Assembly (NCBI GenBank): GCA_963718615.1
Contig: OY970368.1
Location: 3,968,001-4,032,000 of the forward strand
Origin: an uncultured cyanobacterium
GTDB taxonomy: Bacteria; Cyanobacteriota; Cyanobacteriia; PCC-9006; JAAUQQ01
Direction: 5' to 3'
Length of the DNA stretch: 64,000 nt
The position numbers and the translations under genes are program-made. Of the stretch, positions 1-10,529 are shown one piece after another. The notes under the pieces are model-generated. The model was not told the DNA's origin and ran no database searches. It saw only the letters and a program-made list of their open reading frames with translations. The first letter of the stretch is position 1; every line of letters starts with the position of its first letter.

Positions 1-227
1 TCAGCCTCCGACTTCGTCACGGGTGGGCGACCCCAATCCAGCAGAGGAAGCCTGCTAGAAGCCGATTCACCTGCTAGAAGCCTATTCAAAAGTTTTGAAG
101 CAATTCTGGGACAATCTTTGGGCTAGGCCCCTCGCGAGTTGGCATCATCTCTGGTCGGAGTACGGTAAAGGATCCTGATAGTATTAAGGTGCCGAATCGT
201 AGGTGATTCCTACCTCCATCTACCCCG

Positions 228-947
228 ATGACCCAGTCCGCCTCTATTTCTCCGAAGGATGACTTGTCCAAGCTGCGCGAGCAGCTCACGTCTCGCTTTG
301 ACAAGACTCGTAAGTCTTCGCTGACCCAGTTATTAGCGCAGAGCAAAGCCGGTTGGGCGATTCTGCAAGAGATGTTGCAAGAAGAACAGCGAGGGAGCCT
401 CACCTGGCTTTCCGGCAGCATTTATCGAGGGCTCTTGACCCAGGCTGATGAATCGGTTATCGCTTTTCTAGATGAATTTTTTCCAGACGGCGTGGTCACG
501 CCTCTGTCTGAACGGGGCGTTGATTATGGCAAGCTGCAAGCCTTGCTGATTGCCGAGGACTTTGAAGAGGCCGATCGCCACACCAATCAAAAACTCTGCG
601 AATTGGCGGGGCCTCTCGCCGAAAAACGCAAGTGGATTTATTTTTCCGATGTTGACCAGTTTCCGATCGCGGATTTAAAAACCATCGATTTGCTCTGGCA
701 GGTTTATTCTGAGGGCAAGTTTGGGTTTGCGGTGCAGCGAGAGCTTTGGTTAGGGGCTGGCCAGGTGTGGGAGAACCTTTGGCCCAAAATTGGCTGGAAA
801 ACAGGAACCACTTGGACCCGCTATCCGGGGGGCTTTGTCTGGGATCTCTCTGCCCCCCGAGGACATTTACCCCTTTCCAACCAGTTACGAGGGGTCAGGG
901 TCATGGATGCATTAATGAATCACCCTGCTTTTCAAACCAAGTCTTGA
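228..947 (+). CDS. gun4: GUN4 domain protein (Mg-chelatase cofactor, Ycf53)
   Basis: GUN4 core motifs LLIAEDFEEADRHT, DLKTIDLLWQVYSEGKFGFAVQRELW, APRGHLPLSNQLRG. Confidence 0.92.
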   Translation: MTQSASISPKDDLSKLREQLTSRFDKTRKSSLTQLLAQSKAGWAILQEMLQEEQRGSLTWLSGSIYRGLLTQADESVIAFLDEFFPDGVVTPLSERGVDYGKLQALLIAEDFEEADRHTNQKLCELAGPLAEKRKWIYFSDVDQFPIADLKTIDLLWQVYSEGKFGFAVQRELWLGAGQVWENLWPKIGWKTGTTWTRYPGGFVWDLSAPRGHLPLSNQLRGVRVMDALMNHPAFQTKS

Positions 948-958
948 CGAGAACTGAC

Positions 959-1396
959 ATGCGAGTCTTTGTGCTTCTCTTTAATGCGGGAACTGACAAC
1001 GAGGGCATTCATACGTTGAATATTGGGGAGCAAAATATTGTTCTCATGTTTGAGGATGAGGACGATGCTACTCGTTATTCCTTACTCCTGGAAGCCCAGG
1101 ATTTTATGACTCCTATCGTTGAATCGATCGATCGAGCCGAGGTGGAGGAATTCTGTCAGAATGCCAATTATGAGTGCAGGCTGGTGCCGAAGGGGTTTGT
1201 GCCGGAAAGCGAGTTTGATCGGCTGTTGATTGCCCCACCCCAGCGCAATTTGGAGCAAACCAATTGGGAAGAGAATCCAGACCATCCTGGCGATCGCCCT
1301 CACCCAGAAGCTGCCGAGGTTGACGCAGAGACAGCAGCAGAGTTTTCACGCACTGAACTAGACGATATCCGCCGACGTCTGGAGGGCTTGCTGTGA
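959..1396 (+). CDS. DUF3110 family protein
   Basis: Start moved to ATG 959 (MRVFVLLFNAGTDNEGIH); motifs VLMFEDEDDATRYSLLLEAQDF and C-terminal LDDIRRRLEGLL. Confidence 0.85.
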   Translation: MRVFVLLFNAGTDNEGIHTLNIGEQNIVLMFEDEDDATRYSLLLEAQDFMTPIVESIDRAEVEEFCQNANYECRLVPKGFVPESEFDRLLIAPPQRNLEQTNWEENPDHPGDRPHPEAAEVDAETAAEFSRTELDDIRRRLEGLL

Positions 1397-2346
1397 GTTT
1401 AGTCAATCGCGGCCATTTACTCACAGAACAAAGCAACCCGGCTAGTCAGACTCTAGACCAATGCTCGGCGTTAGAAATTGTTGAGATTTTTAATCGGGAA
1501 GATGCACGAACGATTGAGGCGATCGCCCAGGCCAAGGTCGAACTCGCTGCGGCTATCGATTTGGCAGCCCAGGCCCTCCGTTCGGGGGGGCGATTGTTTT
1601 ATATTGGGGCCGGCACGAGCGGACGTCTTGGTGTTCTAGACGCAGCGGAATGCCCCCCAACTTTTTGTACACCGCCCGAACTCGTTCAGGGAATTTTGGC
1701 CGGGGGCGCAGCGGCTCTCCTCCGCAGTTCGGAGGGATTGGAGGACATCGCTGAGGACGGTGCCGCCGCCATGGCAGCCCATCAAGTCGGAGCTCAAGAT
1801 GTTGTGGTTGGGATTACGGCAGGGGGCACAACGCCCTATGTCCATGGTGCTCTGGCCGCTGCGCGGGAGCGGGGCGCAAAAACCGTTTTTATGGCCTGTG
1901 TCCCCTCAGAACAGGTGAATGCAGCGGTTGATGTAGATATTCGTCTGTTGGTGGGGCCGGAAGTTCTCGCGGGGTCAACGCGCCTTAAGGCAGGAACGGT
2001 GACGAAGCTTGCCTTAAACATTCTTTCAACTGGAGCCATGGTGCGTTTGGGTAAAGTCTATGGCAATCGCATGGTGGATGTGGCGGTCACCAACCAAAAG
2101 CTGGAAGACCGAGCCCTGAGAATTTTGGAGGATTTAGCAGGGTTAGACCGCGAAGCTTCTGCGCTGCTGCTGGAGAAGAGCGATCGCTCGGTCAAACTGG
2201 CTCTGATGATGCACTGGACGGGATGCGATCGCCCCCAAAGCCAAGCCCTTTTGGACCAGCACCAGGGGCAACTGCGCCCAGCCGTCGCCGCATCAGCCCA
2301 ATTCCAACCGGCCCAACTCTCATCGGACCAATCCCCATCGGTCTAG
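1393..2346 (+). CDS. murQ: N-acetylmuramic acid 6-phosphate etherase
   Basis: GAGTSGRLGVLDAAECPPTF and GSTRLKAGT motifs; 4-nt overlap with upstream gene. Confidence 0.96.
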   Translation: MSLVNRGHLLTEQSNPASQTLDQCSALEIVEIFNREDARTIEAIAQAKVELAAAIDLAAQALRSGGRLFYIGAGTSGRLGVLDAAECPPTFCTPPELVQGILAGGAAALLRSSEGLEDIAEDGAAAMAAHQVGAQDVVVGITAGGTTPYVHGALAAARERGAKTVFMACVPSEQVNAAVDVDIRLLVGPEVLAGSTRLKAGTVTKLALNILSTGAMVRLGKVYGNRMVDVAVTNQKLEDRALRILEDLAGLDREASALLLEKSDRSVKLALMMHWTGCDRPQSQALLDQHQGQLRPAVAASAQFQPAQLSSDQSPSV

Positions 2347-2363
2347 GCGTAGTCAAGCTGCGC

Positions 2364-2927
2364 CTACAAGCCTTCCAGCGGGACACCCAAAAACCGAGCC
2401 AGCTCTGCCCCTTGATTCTCAAGCTCCGTTAAAGCAATGGGTTGACCCACACGGGTCAAGGGAATATCACCCCGCTGACGTACCTTCAAATACAGCGCTC
2501 GCTTCGGATTGAGACCCTCCCGAATTTCGACTTTCACCGATTGGGCCTCATCCAAGCCATAGGAAAGCTCAACCCGTCTATTTTTACCGGGGTAGCCATT
2601 GCGGAAAATGGTGATCTTTTGGGCCTCGCGGTCAAAGGCGTTGTAGCCGCCCCCAATATCCCACAGCATCAACAACCACAAATAGGTCGCCAATAGAATC
2701 GCCGCAACGCCATAAAACCCCATGACAATTCCCTGGGGAATAAAAACAAGCTGAGTCGCATCAGAAAACAGCAACAGATTGACATTCAAGTAGCTTGAAA
2801 TGCCAGCCAGCAAAAAGCCGACGCCCCCTAAGGTAATGACAACGGCCCAAAAGAGATTGCTGAGTCTGCGGGAGCCCAAAACGGGCTGGCGCAAGAGGCG
2901 ATCGGTCACGGTCACTTGGGCAGTCAT
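2364..2927 (-). CDS. ycf4: Photosystem I assembly protein Ycf4
   Basis: GSRRLSNLFWA, FIPQGIVMGFYG, GYPGKNR, LARFLGVPLEGL. Confidence 0.96.
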   Translation of the reverse strand: MTAQVTVTDRLLRQPVLGSRRLSNLFWAVVITLGGVGFLLAGISSYLNVNLLLFSDATQLVFIPQGIVMGFYGVAAILLATYLWLLMLWDIGGGYNAFDREAQKITIFRNGYPGKNRRVELSYGLDEAQSVKVEIREGLNPKRALYLKVRQRGDIPLTRVGQPIALTELENQGAELARFLGVPLEGL

Positions 2928-3338
2928 GTCTGGTTTCCTAAATTGATTTTGCGTTTGTATGCGTTTGTTCTGAATCTATTCCTAGATTTTAATCAGCATA
3001 GAGTGCCTTCCGATGCGCAAACGCAAGATCACCCCTCGAAAATGTTAACGATTGTTTCAAGCATTCATTCAAGTTGCGATGGCCTTGGCCTCCAGTTTTA
3101 CGATCCCGACTGCCTCCGAGGACAAAGCATGAGTAATTTTGCTCATTTTTCACCCTTCAGGCCGGAGTCTTGAGGCGGTTTTGGGGGGAGCCCTTGGGCG
3201 ATCGCCCATTCCTTGCGAAAACTTGCAAATTCTAAGGCATTCCCCTTGCTTGCAACATTTTGTGAAGGCCGTATCATATTAAAAACGACAACCTGCTGCA
3301 ATGCTTGCAATTTCATTTAAGGCAAGAGGTTTTATTCA

Positions 3339-4397
3339 ATGACCATCGCATTAGGGCGCATGGGCGAGCAGCGGGGATGGTTCGACGTCCTCGACGACTG
3401 GCTCAAGCGCGATCGCTTTGTCTTCATCGGGTGGTCAGGTCTGCTGCTGTTCCCCTGTGCCTACATGGCACTGGGCGGCTGGCTCACCGGCACCACCTTC
3501 GCCACCTCCTGGTACACCCACGGCTTGGCGTCTTCCTATCTGGAAGGCTGTAACTTCCTCACCGTTGCGGTTTCCACCCCTGCCGATGCCCTGGGTCACT
3601 CCCTGCTGCTCCTCTGGGGTCCCGAAGCCCAAGGCGACTTCGTTCGCTGGGTTCAGCTCGGAGGACTCTGGCCCTTCGTCGCCCTCCACGGTGCCTTTGG
3701 TCTGATCGGCTTCATGCTGCGTCAGTTCGAAATCGCCCGTCTGGTGGGCGTCCGTCCCTACAACGCCCTCGCGTTCTCCGCACCGATTGCGGTGTTTGTC
3801 AGCGTTTTCTTCATGTATCCCCTGGGCCAGTCCTCCTGGTTCTTCGCACCGAGCTTCGGGGTGGCGGGTATTTTCCGCTTCATCCTGTTTGTGCAGGGCT
3901 TCCACAACTTCACCTTGAACCCGTTCCACATGATGGGCGTGGCCGGGGTGTTGGGGGGCGCGCTGCTCTGTGCGATTCACGGGGCGACGGTGGAAAACAC
4001 CCTCTTCGAAGATTCGGAGCAGGCGAACACCTTCCGGGCCTTCGAGCCGACCCAGGCAGAAGAGACCTACTCGATGGTGACGGCGAACCGCTTCTGGTCG
4101 CAGATTTTTGGAATCGCGTTCAGCAACAAGCGTTGGCTGCACTTTTTCATGCTGTTTGTGCCGGTGACAGGTCTTTGGATGGCCTCCATTGGCATTGTGG
4201 GTATTGCGCTGAACCTGCGGGCCTATGACTTTGTGTCCCAGGAGTTGCGTGCTGCTGAGGACCCTGAGTTTGAGACGTTCTACACCAAGAACATCTTGTT
4301 AAACGAGGGCATGCGCGCTTGGATGGCGTCCCAAGACCAGCCCCACGAAAAATTTGTCTTCCCTGAGGAGGTTCTGCCCCGTGGTAACGCTCTCTAA
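3339..4397 (+). CDS. psbD: Photosystem II D2 protein
   Basis: 352 aa canonical D2 sequence ([16 protein letters not shown]...[10 protein letters not shown]). Confidence 0.99.
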   Translation: MTIALGRMGEQRGWFDVLDDWLKRDRFVFIGWSGLLLFPCAYMALGGWLTGTTFATSWYTHGLASSYLEGCNFLTVAVSTPADALGHSLLLLWGPEAQGDFVRWVQLGGLWPFVALHGAFGLIGFMLRQFEIARLVGVRPYNALAFSAPIAVFVSVFFMYPLGQSSWFFAPSFGVAGIFRFILFVQGFHNFTLNPFHMMGVAGVLGGALLCAIHGATVENTLFEDSEQANTFRAFEPTQAEETYSMVTANRFWSQIFGIAFSNKRWLHFFMLFVPVTGLWMASIGIVGIALNLRAYDFVSQELRAAEDPEFETFYTKNILLNEGMRAWMASQDQPHEKFVFPEEVLPRGNAL

Positions 4398-5763
4398 TAA
4401 TTTTGTTGGAGGCGGGCGCGATATTGAATCCACCGGCTATGCCTGGTGGGCCGGAAATGCCCGTCTGATCAACCTCTCTGGTAAGCTGCTGGGTGCCCAC
4501 GTTGCCCACGCTGGCTTGATTGTTTTCTGGGCCGGTGCGATGACCCTGTTTGAGGTCTCCCACTTCATCCCTGAAAGACCGCTTTACGAACAAGGTTTTA
4601 TTCTGCTTCCTCACTTGGCAACCCTTGGCTACGGCGTTGGCCCTGGTGGTGAAGTGGTTAGCACTTTTCCCTATTTTGTGGTGGGTGTTCTTCACCTGAT
4701 CTCTTCTGCGGTTCTCGGTTTAGGCGGCCTGTACCATGCGCTGCGCGGACCTGAAACCCTAGAAGAGTACTCCAACTTCTTTAGCCAAGACTGGAGCGAC
4801 AAGAATCAGATGACCAATATTATTGGTTATCACCTGATTCTGCTCGGTTGCGGTGCCTTCCTGTTGGTCTTTAAGGCCATGTTCTTTGGTGGAGTCTATG
4901 ACACCTGGGCACCGGGCGGCGGTGACGTTCGCGTCATTACCAACCCAACGCTCAATCCTGCCGTCATCTTTGGCTATCTGACCAAAGCGCCCTTTGGGGG
5001 TGAAGGCTGGATCATCAGCGTCAACAACATGGAAGACGTGATTGGCGGTCACATCTGGATCGGCCTGATCTGCATCGCCGGTGGCGTTTGGCACATTCTA
5101 ACCAGACCGTTTGGTTGGGCCCGTCGCGCGCTCATCTGGAATGGTGAAGCCTATCTCTCCTACAGTCTCGGTGCCCTCTCTCTGATGGGGTTCATCGCGT
5201 CTACGATGGTTTGGTATAACAACACGGTTTATCCTTCTGAGTTCTACGGTCCTACGGGTGCCGAAGCCTCTCAGTCCCAAGCCTTTGTATTCTTAGTTCG
5301 TGACCAACGCTTAGGTGCAACCATCGGCTCCGCTCAAGGCCCAACGGGTCTGGGTAAATATCTGATGCGTTCTCCCACGGGTGAGATCATCTTTGGGGGT
5401 GAGACCATGCGTTTTTGGGACTTCCGGGGTCCCTGGTTGGAGCCTCTACGGGGTCCCAATGGTCTAGACTTGGACAAACTACAAAACGATATTCAGCCTT
5501 GGCAGATTCGCCGCGCGTCTGAGTATATGACCCATGCGCCTCTGGCTTCGATTAACTCGGTGGGCGGCGTCATCACTGAGCCTAACTCGGTTAACTTCGT
5601 TAACTTGCGCCAGTGGCTTGCAGGATCTCACTTTATCCTGGGCTTCTTCTTCCTCGTCGGTCACCTCTGGCATGCAGGCCGCGCTCGTGCAGCGGCAGCA
5701 GGCTTTGAGAGAGGGATTGACCGGGAATCTGAGCCGGTGCTGACGATGCCTGACCTCGACTAA
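4381..5763 (+). CDS. psbC: Photosystem II CP43 protein
   Basis: GTG start at 4381 overlapping the psbD end; [24 protein letters not shown] motif. Confidence 0.98.
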   Translation: MVTLSNNFVGGGRDIESTGYAWWAGNARLINLSGKLLGAHVAHAGLIVFWAGAMTLFEVSHFIPERPLYEQGFILLPHLATLGYGVGPGGEVVSTFPYFVVGVLHLISSAVLGLGGLYHALRGPETLEEYSNFFSQDWSDKNQMTNIIGYHLILLGCGAFLLVFKAMFFGGVYDTWAPGGGDVRVITNPTLNPAVIFGYLTKAPFGGEGWIISVNNMEDVIGGHIWIGLICIAGGVWHILTRPFGWARRALIWNGEAYLSYSLGALSLMGFIASTMVWYNNTVYPSEFYGPTGAEASQSQAFVFLVRDQRLGATIGSAQGPTGLGKYLMRSPTGEIIFGGETMRFWDFRGPWLEPLRGPNGLDLDKLQNDIQPWQIRRASEYMTHAPLASINSVGGVITEPNSVNFVNLRQWLAGSHFILGFFFLVGHLWHAGRARAAAAGFERGIDRESEPVLTMPDLD

Positions 5764-5792
5764 TCGAGTCATCTCATCTCATCATCCTAAGG

Positions 5793-5828
5793 GAAAGCGC
5801 CCTGGCTCCGGCTGGGGCGCTTTCTTTG
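5793..5828 (+). terminator. Intrinsic terminator of psbDC
   Basis: GAAAGCGCCC-TGGC/TCCG/GCTG-GGGCGCTTTC hairpin followed by TTT. Confidence 0.75.
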
Positions 5829-5890
5829 GGTGATTCGATTCCTGCATTCCATTTCCTGCATTCCAGTTCTAAATTGCTCTAAATTTCCGC

Positions 5891-6604
5891 ATGATGAGTT
5901 CTGATTTCTCGGACGAACGGCTCAAACAACTGGAAACGGATCTCCGCTCTGGTCCAGTCAATCTTTGTAAAGAGGCATTGGATGCACTGACTGCATGTTC
6001 TGCGGAGCAGGCTGTACCGTTGTTTCTTAGAATTGCGAAAGATGGAGAATTTTTACGCCGCCGCTTTGCGGTAATGGGCCTAGGGAGCCATCGGACAGTT
6101 GCTTCCTTTCAGGCGCTTGAGGCGCTCTCGACGGAGGAGAAAGATGCAAATGTTTTGGGTGAAATAGCCAATTCGCTGTTTGAAATTGGTGAATCTATCG
6201 CCAGTGGCTCCAACAATCCCGCGTTGCCGATTTTGGCGGACCTGTTTCAGCACCATCCTGATTGGTTGCTGCGTCAGAGCGTTATTGCGATTTTGATGGA
6301 AGGAGAAGCCTATGACGAGATGCTGCTGCCTCTGGTCCAGATGGCCCTTGAAGATTCGGAGCAGTCGGTGGTTGAGACGGGAATTTTGGCATTGGGGAAA
6401 TTGCTGGAGGGCGATCGCGCCCCTGAAGCCCTCATCCACCTCACCCGCCTCACCACAGATCCCAACTGGCGTAACCGCTGGCGTGCAGCTACGGCCTTAA
6501 GCCGTTCAACTGATCCACAGGCCAAGGCACTTTTAGCAAAACTGCGCCAAGATGATCATCATCAGGTCGTCGCAGCGGCCTTAGAAGGCAATCTGGAGAA
6601 TTAG
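5891..6604 (+). CDS. HEAT-repeat (PBS lyase-like, NblB-like) protein
   Basis: Repeated HEAT motifs (RRFAVMGLG, WRNRWRAATALS, DDHHQVVAAALE). Confidence 0.75.
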   Translation: MMSSDFSDERLKQLETDLRSGPVNLCKEALDALTACSAEQAVPLFLRIAKDGEFLRRRFAVMGLGSHRTVASFQALEALSTEEKDANVLGEIANSLFEIGESIASGSNNPALPILADLFQHHPDWLLRQSVIAILMEGEAYDEMLLPLVQMALEDSEQSVVETGILALGKLLEGDRAPEALIHLTRLTTDPNWRNRWRAATALSRSTDPQAKALLAKLRQDDHHQVVAAALEGNLEN

Positions 6605-6607
6605 GCC

Positions 6608-7294
6608 ATGGGCAACGCAGTGCATACTTCCCCGGTTCAAAGAACGGTCTATCGCGATAACTGGCTCGAGCGCCTGGTCATTCGGCTGTTCTCCCACAAA
6701 ATGGCCAAGGCCCTTGGAAGCGATACCCGTTATGAGGGCTACGATGGCTTTGTCGATCTGTCCCAACAGATTATGGAAGGACGCAATGCCCAAGAACAGC
6801 GGGCGATCGTGGCGGTGGTCCTCAAGTCGCTGATTCCGGCTCCGGCACTGTGGTTTGTGCGAACGCTATTTTCTCCGACTCGGTGGGTTTGTGAAGGAAA
6901 TGCTTGGTTTGCCTGTCAGTTGTTTGAATGGTTAGTGGGACCTTGTGATTGGGTCGAAGCGGAGGTGACACAGCCGGATGGGACGGGGCGATCGCACCGC
7001 AGCGGCGTCCATATTCAAAAATGCCGCTACCTAGAAGAAAGTGGCTGTGTAGGCACCTGTATCAATCTCTGCAAGGTCCCGACGCAAACTTTTTTTACTG
7101 AAAGCTTTGGCATTCCCTTGACGATGACGCCCAACTTTGAGGATTTGAGCTGTGAGATGGTCTTCGGCCAGCAACCACCCCGACTCGAAGATGAAGATTG
7201 TTATCATCAGCCTTGCTTGGCCAATCGGGATTTGGCGAATCCCTGTGCGATCGCCACTCCCAAAGCCCCAGCTTGCCCGAAGATTGCCCGCTAG
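6608..7294 (+). CDS. DUF4033 / beta-carotene isomerase D27-like protein
   Basis: FEWLVGPC and KCRYLEESGCVGTCINLCKVPTQTFFTESFGIPLTMTPNFEDLSCEMVFG, as in DWARF27. Confidence 0.9.
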   Translation: MGNAVHTSPVQRTVYRDNWLERLVIRLFSHKMAKALGSDTRYEGYDGFVDLSQQIMEGRNAQEQRAIVAVVLKSLIPAPALWFVRTLFSPTRWVCEGNAWFACQLFEWLVGPCDWVEAEVTQPDGTGRSHRSGVHIQKCRYLEESGCVGTCINLCKVPTQTFFTESFGIPLTMTPNFEDLSCEMVFGQQPPRLEDEDCYHQPCLANRDLANPCAIATPKAPACPKIAR

Positions 7295-7352
7295 TTAGTT
7301 CTATTATCCCGATTCGATCACCCCCTTCCTACAGCATCCTTTCTACAGCACC

Positions 7353-7799
7353 ATGACAGATTGGAAAATCAAGTTGCTCTACGATGGCGAATGTCCCCTT
7401 TGTCTGCGGGAAGTCAATTTTTTGACCCGAAAAGATGCAGGCCGAGGACTCGTTCAGTTTGTCGATATTGCGGCGGATGATTATGATCCTGAGGCCAACG
7501 GCGGTGTTGACTATGCCACAGCGATGGGGCGAATTCACGCGGTTTTACCCGACGGTTCAACGGTCAAGAACGTTGAGGTGTTTCGACGGATTTACGAAAT
7601 TTTGGGGATGGGCTGGATTTATGCTGCAACCCAATGGCCACTGATCGGACCCTGGGTGGATTGGGTTTACGGGGTTTGGGCGGATTGGCGACTGAAACTA
7701 ACGGGGCGATCGGATTTGGTTACCCTGGTGGCACAACGGGAACAACGGTTAGCCAATTGCAATGATGCAGGGCGTTGCCAGGTTACGGAGAATGCCTAA
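7353..7799 (+). CDS. DCC1-like thiol-disulfide oxidoreductase (DUF393)
   Basis: LLYDGECPLC DxxCxxC motif. Confidence 0.9.
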   Translation: MTDWKIKLLYDGECPLCLREVNFLTRKDAGRGLVQFVDIAADDYDPEANGGVDYATAMGRIHAVLPDGSTVKNVEVFRRIYEILGMGWIYAATQWPLIGPWVDWVYGVWADWRLKLTGRSDLVTLVAQREQRLANCNDAGRCQVTENA

Positions 7800-7842
7800 A
7801 GAACGATTCAAGGTCGGCAATTCTCAACAGTCAGTGGGGGAA

Positions 7843-8541
7843 TTAGAGGCCTGCCAATTGGGTGAGGCGATCGCGATCGCACAATTTCACCTTAGCCCCT
7901 TCTACCTGAATCAACCCCTCCCGACTCAGCTTAGCCAATACCCGCGATAGGGTTTCAGGAATCGTTCCTAAGCGGGCGGCTAGTTGGCCCTTGGGTAAAT
8001 CCAACTCTACGGTGTTGGCCTGGTTGGCCTGTTCACTCAAATCGAGCAAATAGGTTGCCAAGCGAGCTGGAATTTCACGCAACACTAAGCTATCGACCAA
8101 ATGAGAAAAGTGGCGTAGATGGCGAGCAAAACTTTTGAGCAAATTGATCGCTAAGGTAGGACGCTGCTCCAGCAAATTCAAGAACGCTTGACGGGGAAAG
8201 AACAGCACCGTTGTAGTTTCTAGGGCGGCAGCAGAGGCTGGAAAACAGTCTCCATCCAGCGCGGGAACCTCAGCAAAATGGTCTCCCTCTGCAAAAATAT
8301 GTAAAATTTGTTCTCGACCATCGGTGGATAGCTTGAAAACTTTGACTCGACCCGATTGAACCAGAAAAAATCCATTCCCATCATCGCCCTGATGGAAAAT
8401 CATTTCACCTTTGTGGTACGACTGAGCGATCGCCACCTGGGCTAACTCCTGCAACTGTTCAGCCGGTAATCCCTCAAACATCATCGTTTCACCCAAGAAC
8501 TGGGCCAGCGCAATTACGGTCGATGGGGAAGAAGCGGCCAT
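7843..8541 (-). CDS. Crp/Fnr family regulator, probable HcpR
   Basis: cNMP-like domain plus HTH GTIPETLSRVLAKL; divergent from hcp; ATG at 8541. Confidence 0.9.
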   Translation of the reverse strand: MAASSPSTVIALAQFLGETMMFEGLPAEQLQELAQVAIAQSYHKGEMIFHQGDDGNGFFLVQSGRVKVFKLSTDGREQILHIFAEGDHFAEVPALDGDCFPASAAALETTTVLFFPRQAFLNLLEQRPTLAINLLKSFARHLRHFSHLVDSLVLREIPARLATYLLDLSEQANQANTVELDLPKGQLAARLGTIPETLSRVLAKLSREGLIQVEGAKVKLCDRDRLTQLAGL

Positions 8542-8655
8542 GGGTCTACTCAAGCTCAATAGGGGCAATCGCGAAGACAATTCCTACGTCTAGCCTAGGG
8601 GGTTCTGTAGGGAAGAAGTGGAAGAAAAGCTTAAACTTACGGGGAAATCTCTGGG

Positions 8656-8675
8656 CCTTTGACTTAAGTCAAAGG
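8656..8675. promoter_or_regulatory. Crp/Fnr-type (HcpR) operator
   Basis: Perfect 20-bp palindrome CCTTTGACTTAAGTCAAAGG (TTGAC-N4-GTCAA), upstream of a -10-like TACAGT at 8695-8700. Confidence 0.85.
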
Positions 8676-8731
8676 TTACCATCCGGCTGTTGTCTACAGT
8701 AGAGCCAACGACCGTTTGAGAGGATCGAGCT

Positions 8732-10381
8732 GTGTTTTGCGAACAATGTGAACAAACCGCCAGTGGCCAAGGCTGTCATCAGTGGGGAGCCTGCGGCAAA
8801 AGCCCGGAAGTCAATGCAATTCAGGATTTGTTGATTTATCTCCTGCGCGGTTTGGCCCCGGTGGCACTGCGGGCACGATCCCTAGGGCTTTCAACAGATG
8901 CAGCAGATCGCTTTACCTGCGAAGCCATCTTTGCCACGATGACCAATGTCAACTTTGATCAGAAGCGGTTTACGGATTATATTCAGCGGGCGATCGCCTA
9001 TCGCGAGCAGTTTAAAGCGCAAATTCAGGACAAGACGGGAGCGGCGGAAGACTGGGAGGCGATCGCCTGCTATGTACCCAATTTCGAAGAAAGTTTGCCA
9101 GCACAAGGGCAAGATTTAGCCTTGCAATTCCTTAGTAAAGCCGGCGGAAATCTTGACATTTTTTCACTCAAACTAACGGTTTTGTATGGCATGAAAGGGG
9201 TAGCATCCTATGCCTTCCATGCCCAAGAACTAGGCCAGACAGACAATCGGGTTTATCAATTTGTCTATGAATCCTTTGCCGCCTTAGATCGTCAAGATTT
9301 GACGTTAGAGGAGTGGGTCAATCTCGCCCTCAAAGTCGGTGAAATTAATCTGTTGACGATGGAACTCCTCGATGCAGGGCATACCAAAACCTATGACCAT
9401 CCAGTGCCGACGCCTGTCCCGTTAAATCCTCGCATGGGTAAAGCAATCCTCGTCTCAGGACATGATATTCCCCAGCTCGAAACGGTACTCAAACAAACTG
9501 CACATACCGGTATTACGGTCTATACCCACGGCGAATTGCTCCCAGCCCATGGCTATCCACGCCTCAAGCAAACCTATTCCCATTTGTATGGCCATTACGG
9601 TACCGCTTGGCAAAATCAAACCAAAGATTTCGCTAAGTTTCCAGGGGCGATTGTGATCACCACGAACTGTTTGATGCCACCCCATGAACATTACACTGAC
9701 AAACTCTTTAGCATTGGTCCTGTGGGCTATCCAGGATTGAACTATATTTCCACGGCAGATGATGGAACGCTCGATCTAGCACCCGTAATTCGCAAGGCCT
9801 TGGAATTGTCTGGATTTATCGCTGACGAATCCTCCCGTCAAGTAACAACTGGCTTTGCCCGCAATGCGGTTTTGGGGGTTGCAGATTCAATTATTGAGGC
9901 CGTGAAAGCTGGCAAAATTCGCCACTTCTTCCTCATTGGCGGTTGTGATGGAGCAAAACCCGATCGCAATTACTATACTGAACTCGTGGAAAAAGTACCG
10001 GAAGATTGCATCGTTCTAACCTTAGCCTGCGGCAAATTCCGCTTCTTTGACCAGGATTTGGGCCATATTGGAGGCATTCCTCGCCTGCTGGATTTAGGAC
10101 AATGCAACGATGCCTACTCTGCGATTCAGATTGCGATCGCCCTCGCCCATGCCTTTGAAGTGGATATCAATCAATTGCCGCTGTCGATGATTCTGTCTTG
10201 GTACGAACAGAAAGCCGTCGCCATTTTGCTAACGCTATTCCATCTGGGTATCCAAAATATTCGGCTAGGTCCAACCCTGCCTGCCTTTATTTCTCCCAAT
10301 GTTTTGAAATTGCTATCGGAGCAGTACAATCTCAAACCAATTACGACACCAGATGCTGATTTGGCGGCTTGTCTGGCTTGA
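8732..10381 (+). CDS. hcp: Hybrid cluster protein (hydroxylamine reductase)
   Basis: MFCEQCEQT...C...CGK, SGHD, YTHGELLPAHGYP, GGCDG, LGQCNDAYS, LSWYEQKA. Confidence 0.97.
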   Translation: MFCEQCEQTASGQGCHQWGACGKSPEVNAIQDLLIYLLRGLAPVALRARSLGLSTDAADRFTCEAIFATMTNVNFDQKRFTDYIQRAIAYREQFKAQIQDKTGAAEDWEAIACYVPNFEESLPAQGQDLALQFLSKAGGNLDIFSLKLTVLYGMKGVASYAFHAQELGQTDNRVYQFVYESFAALDRQDLTLEEWVNLALKVGEINLLTMELLDAGHTKTYDHPVPTPVPLNPRMGKAILVSGHDIPQLETVLKQTAHTGITVYTHGELLPAHGYPRLKQTYSHLYGHYGTAWQNQTKDFAKFPGAIVITTNCLMPPHEHYTDKLFSIGPVGYPGLNYISTADDGTLDLAPVIRKALELSGFIADESSRQVTTGFARNAVLGVADSIIEAVKAGKIRHFFLIGGCDGAKPDRNYYTELVEKVPEDCIVLTLACGKFRFFDQDLGHIGGIPRLLDLGQCNDAYSAIQIAIALAHAFEVDINQLPLSMILSWYEQKAVAILLTLFHLGIQNIRLGPTLPAFISPNVLKLLSEQYNLKPITTPDADLAACLA

Positions 10382-10529
10382 GCCGGGTAGGCATTGAAGA
10401 AGCGATTAAACGCGATAAACGTGATTAGCAATTCGATAGTGTTGTCTGAGTTGTGTAGGCGATCGCCCCAGGAGATAAAGTTTGGGAATTGTCCGGGCGA
10501 TCGCATTACTATCAACGCTCGAAAATCGC

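Noticed and set aside
1-58. Possible 3' end of an upstream + strand gene (..DPNPAEEAC*)
   Set aside because: Too short to support
3435-4142. Long antisense ORFs over psbD (also over gyrA, lipA, sigA and the P450)
   Set aside because: Shadow frames produced by codon bias of well-supported genes on the opposite strand
3339-5763. Far-red (FaRLiP) psbD/psbC paralogs
   Set aside because: Sequences look canonical and no rfpABC, chlF or far-red apc genes are nearby
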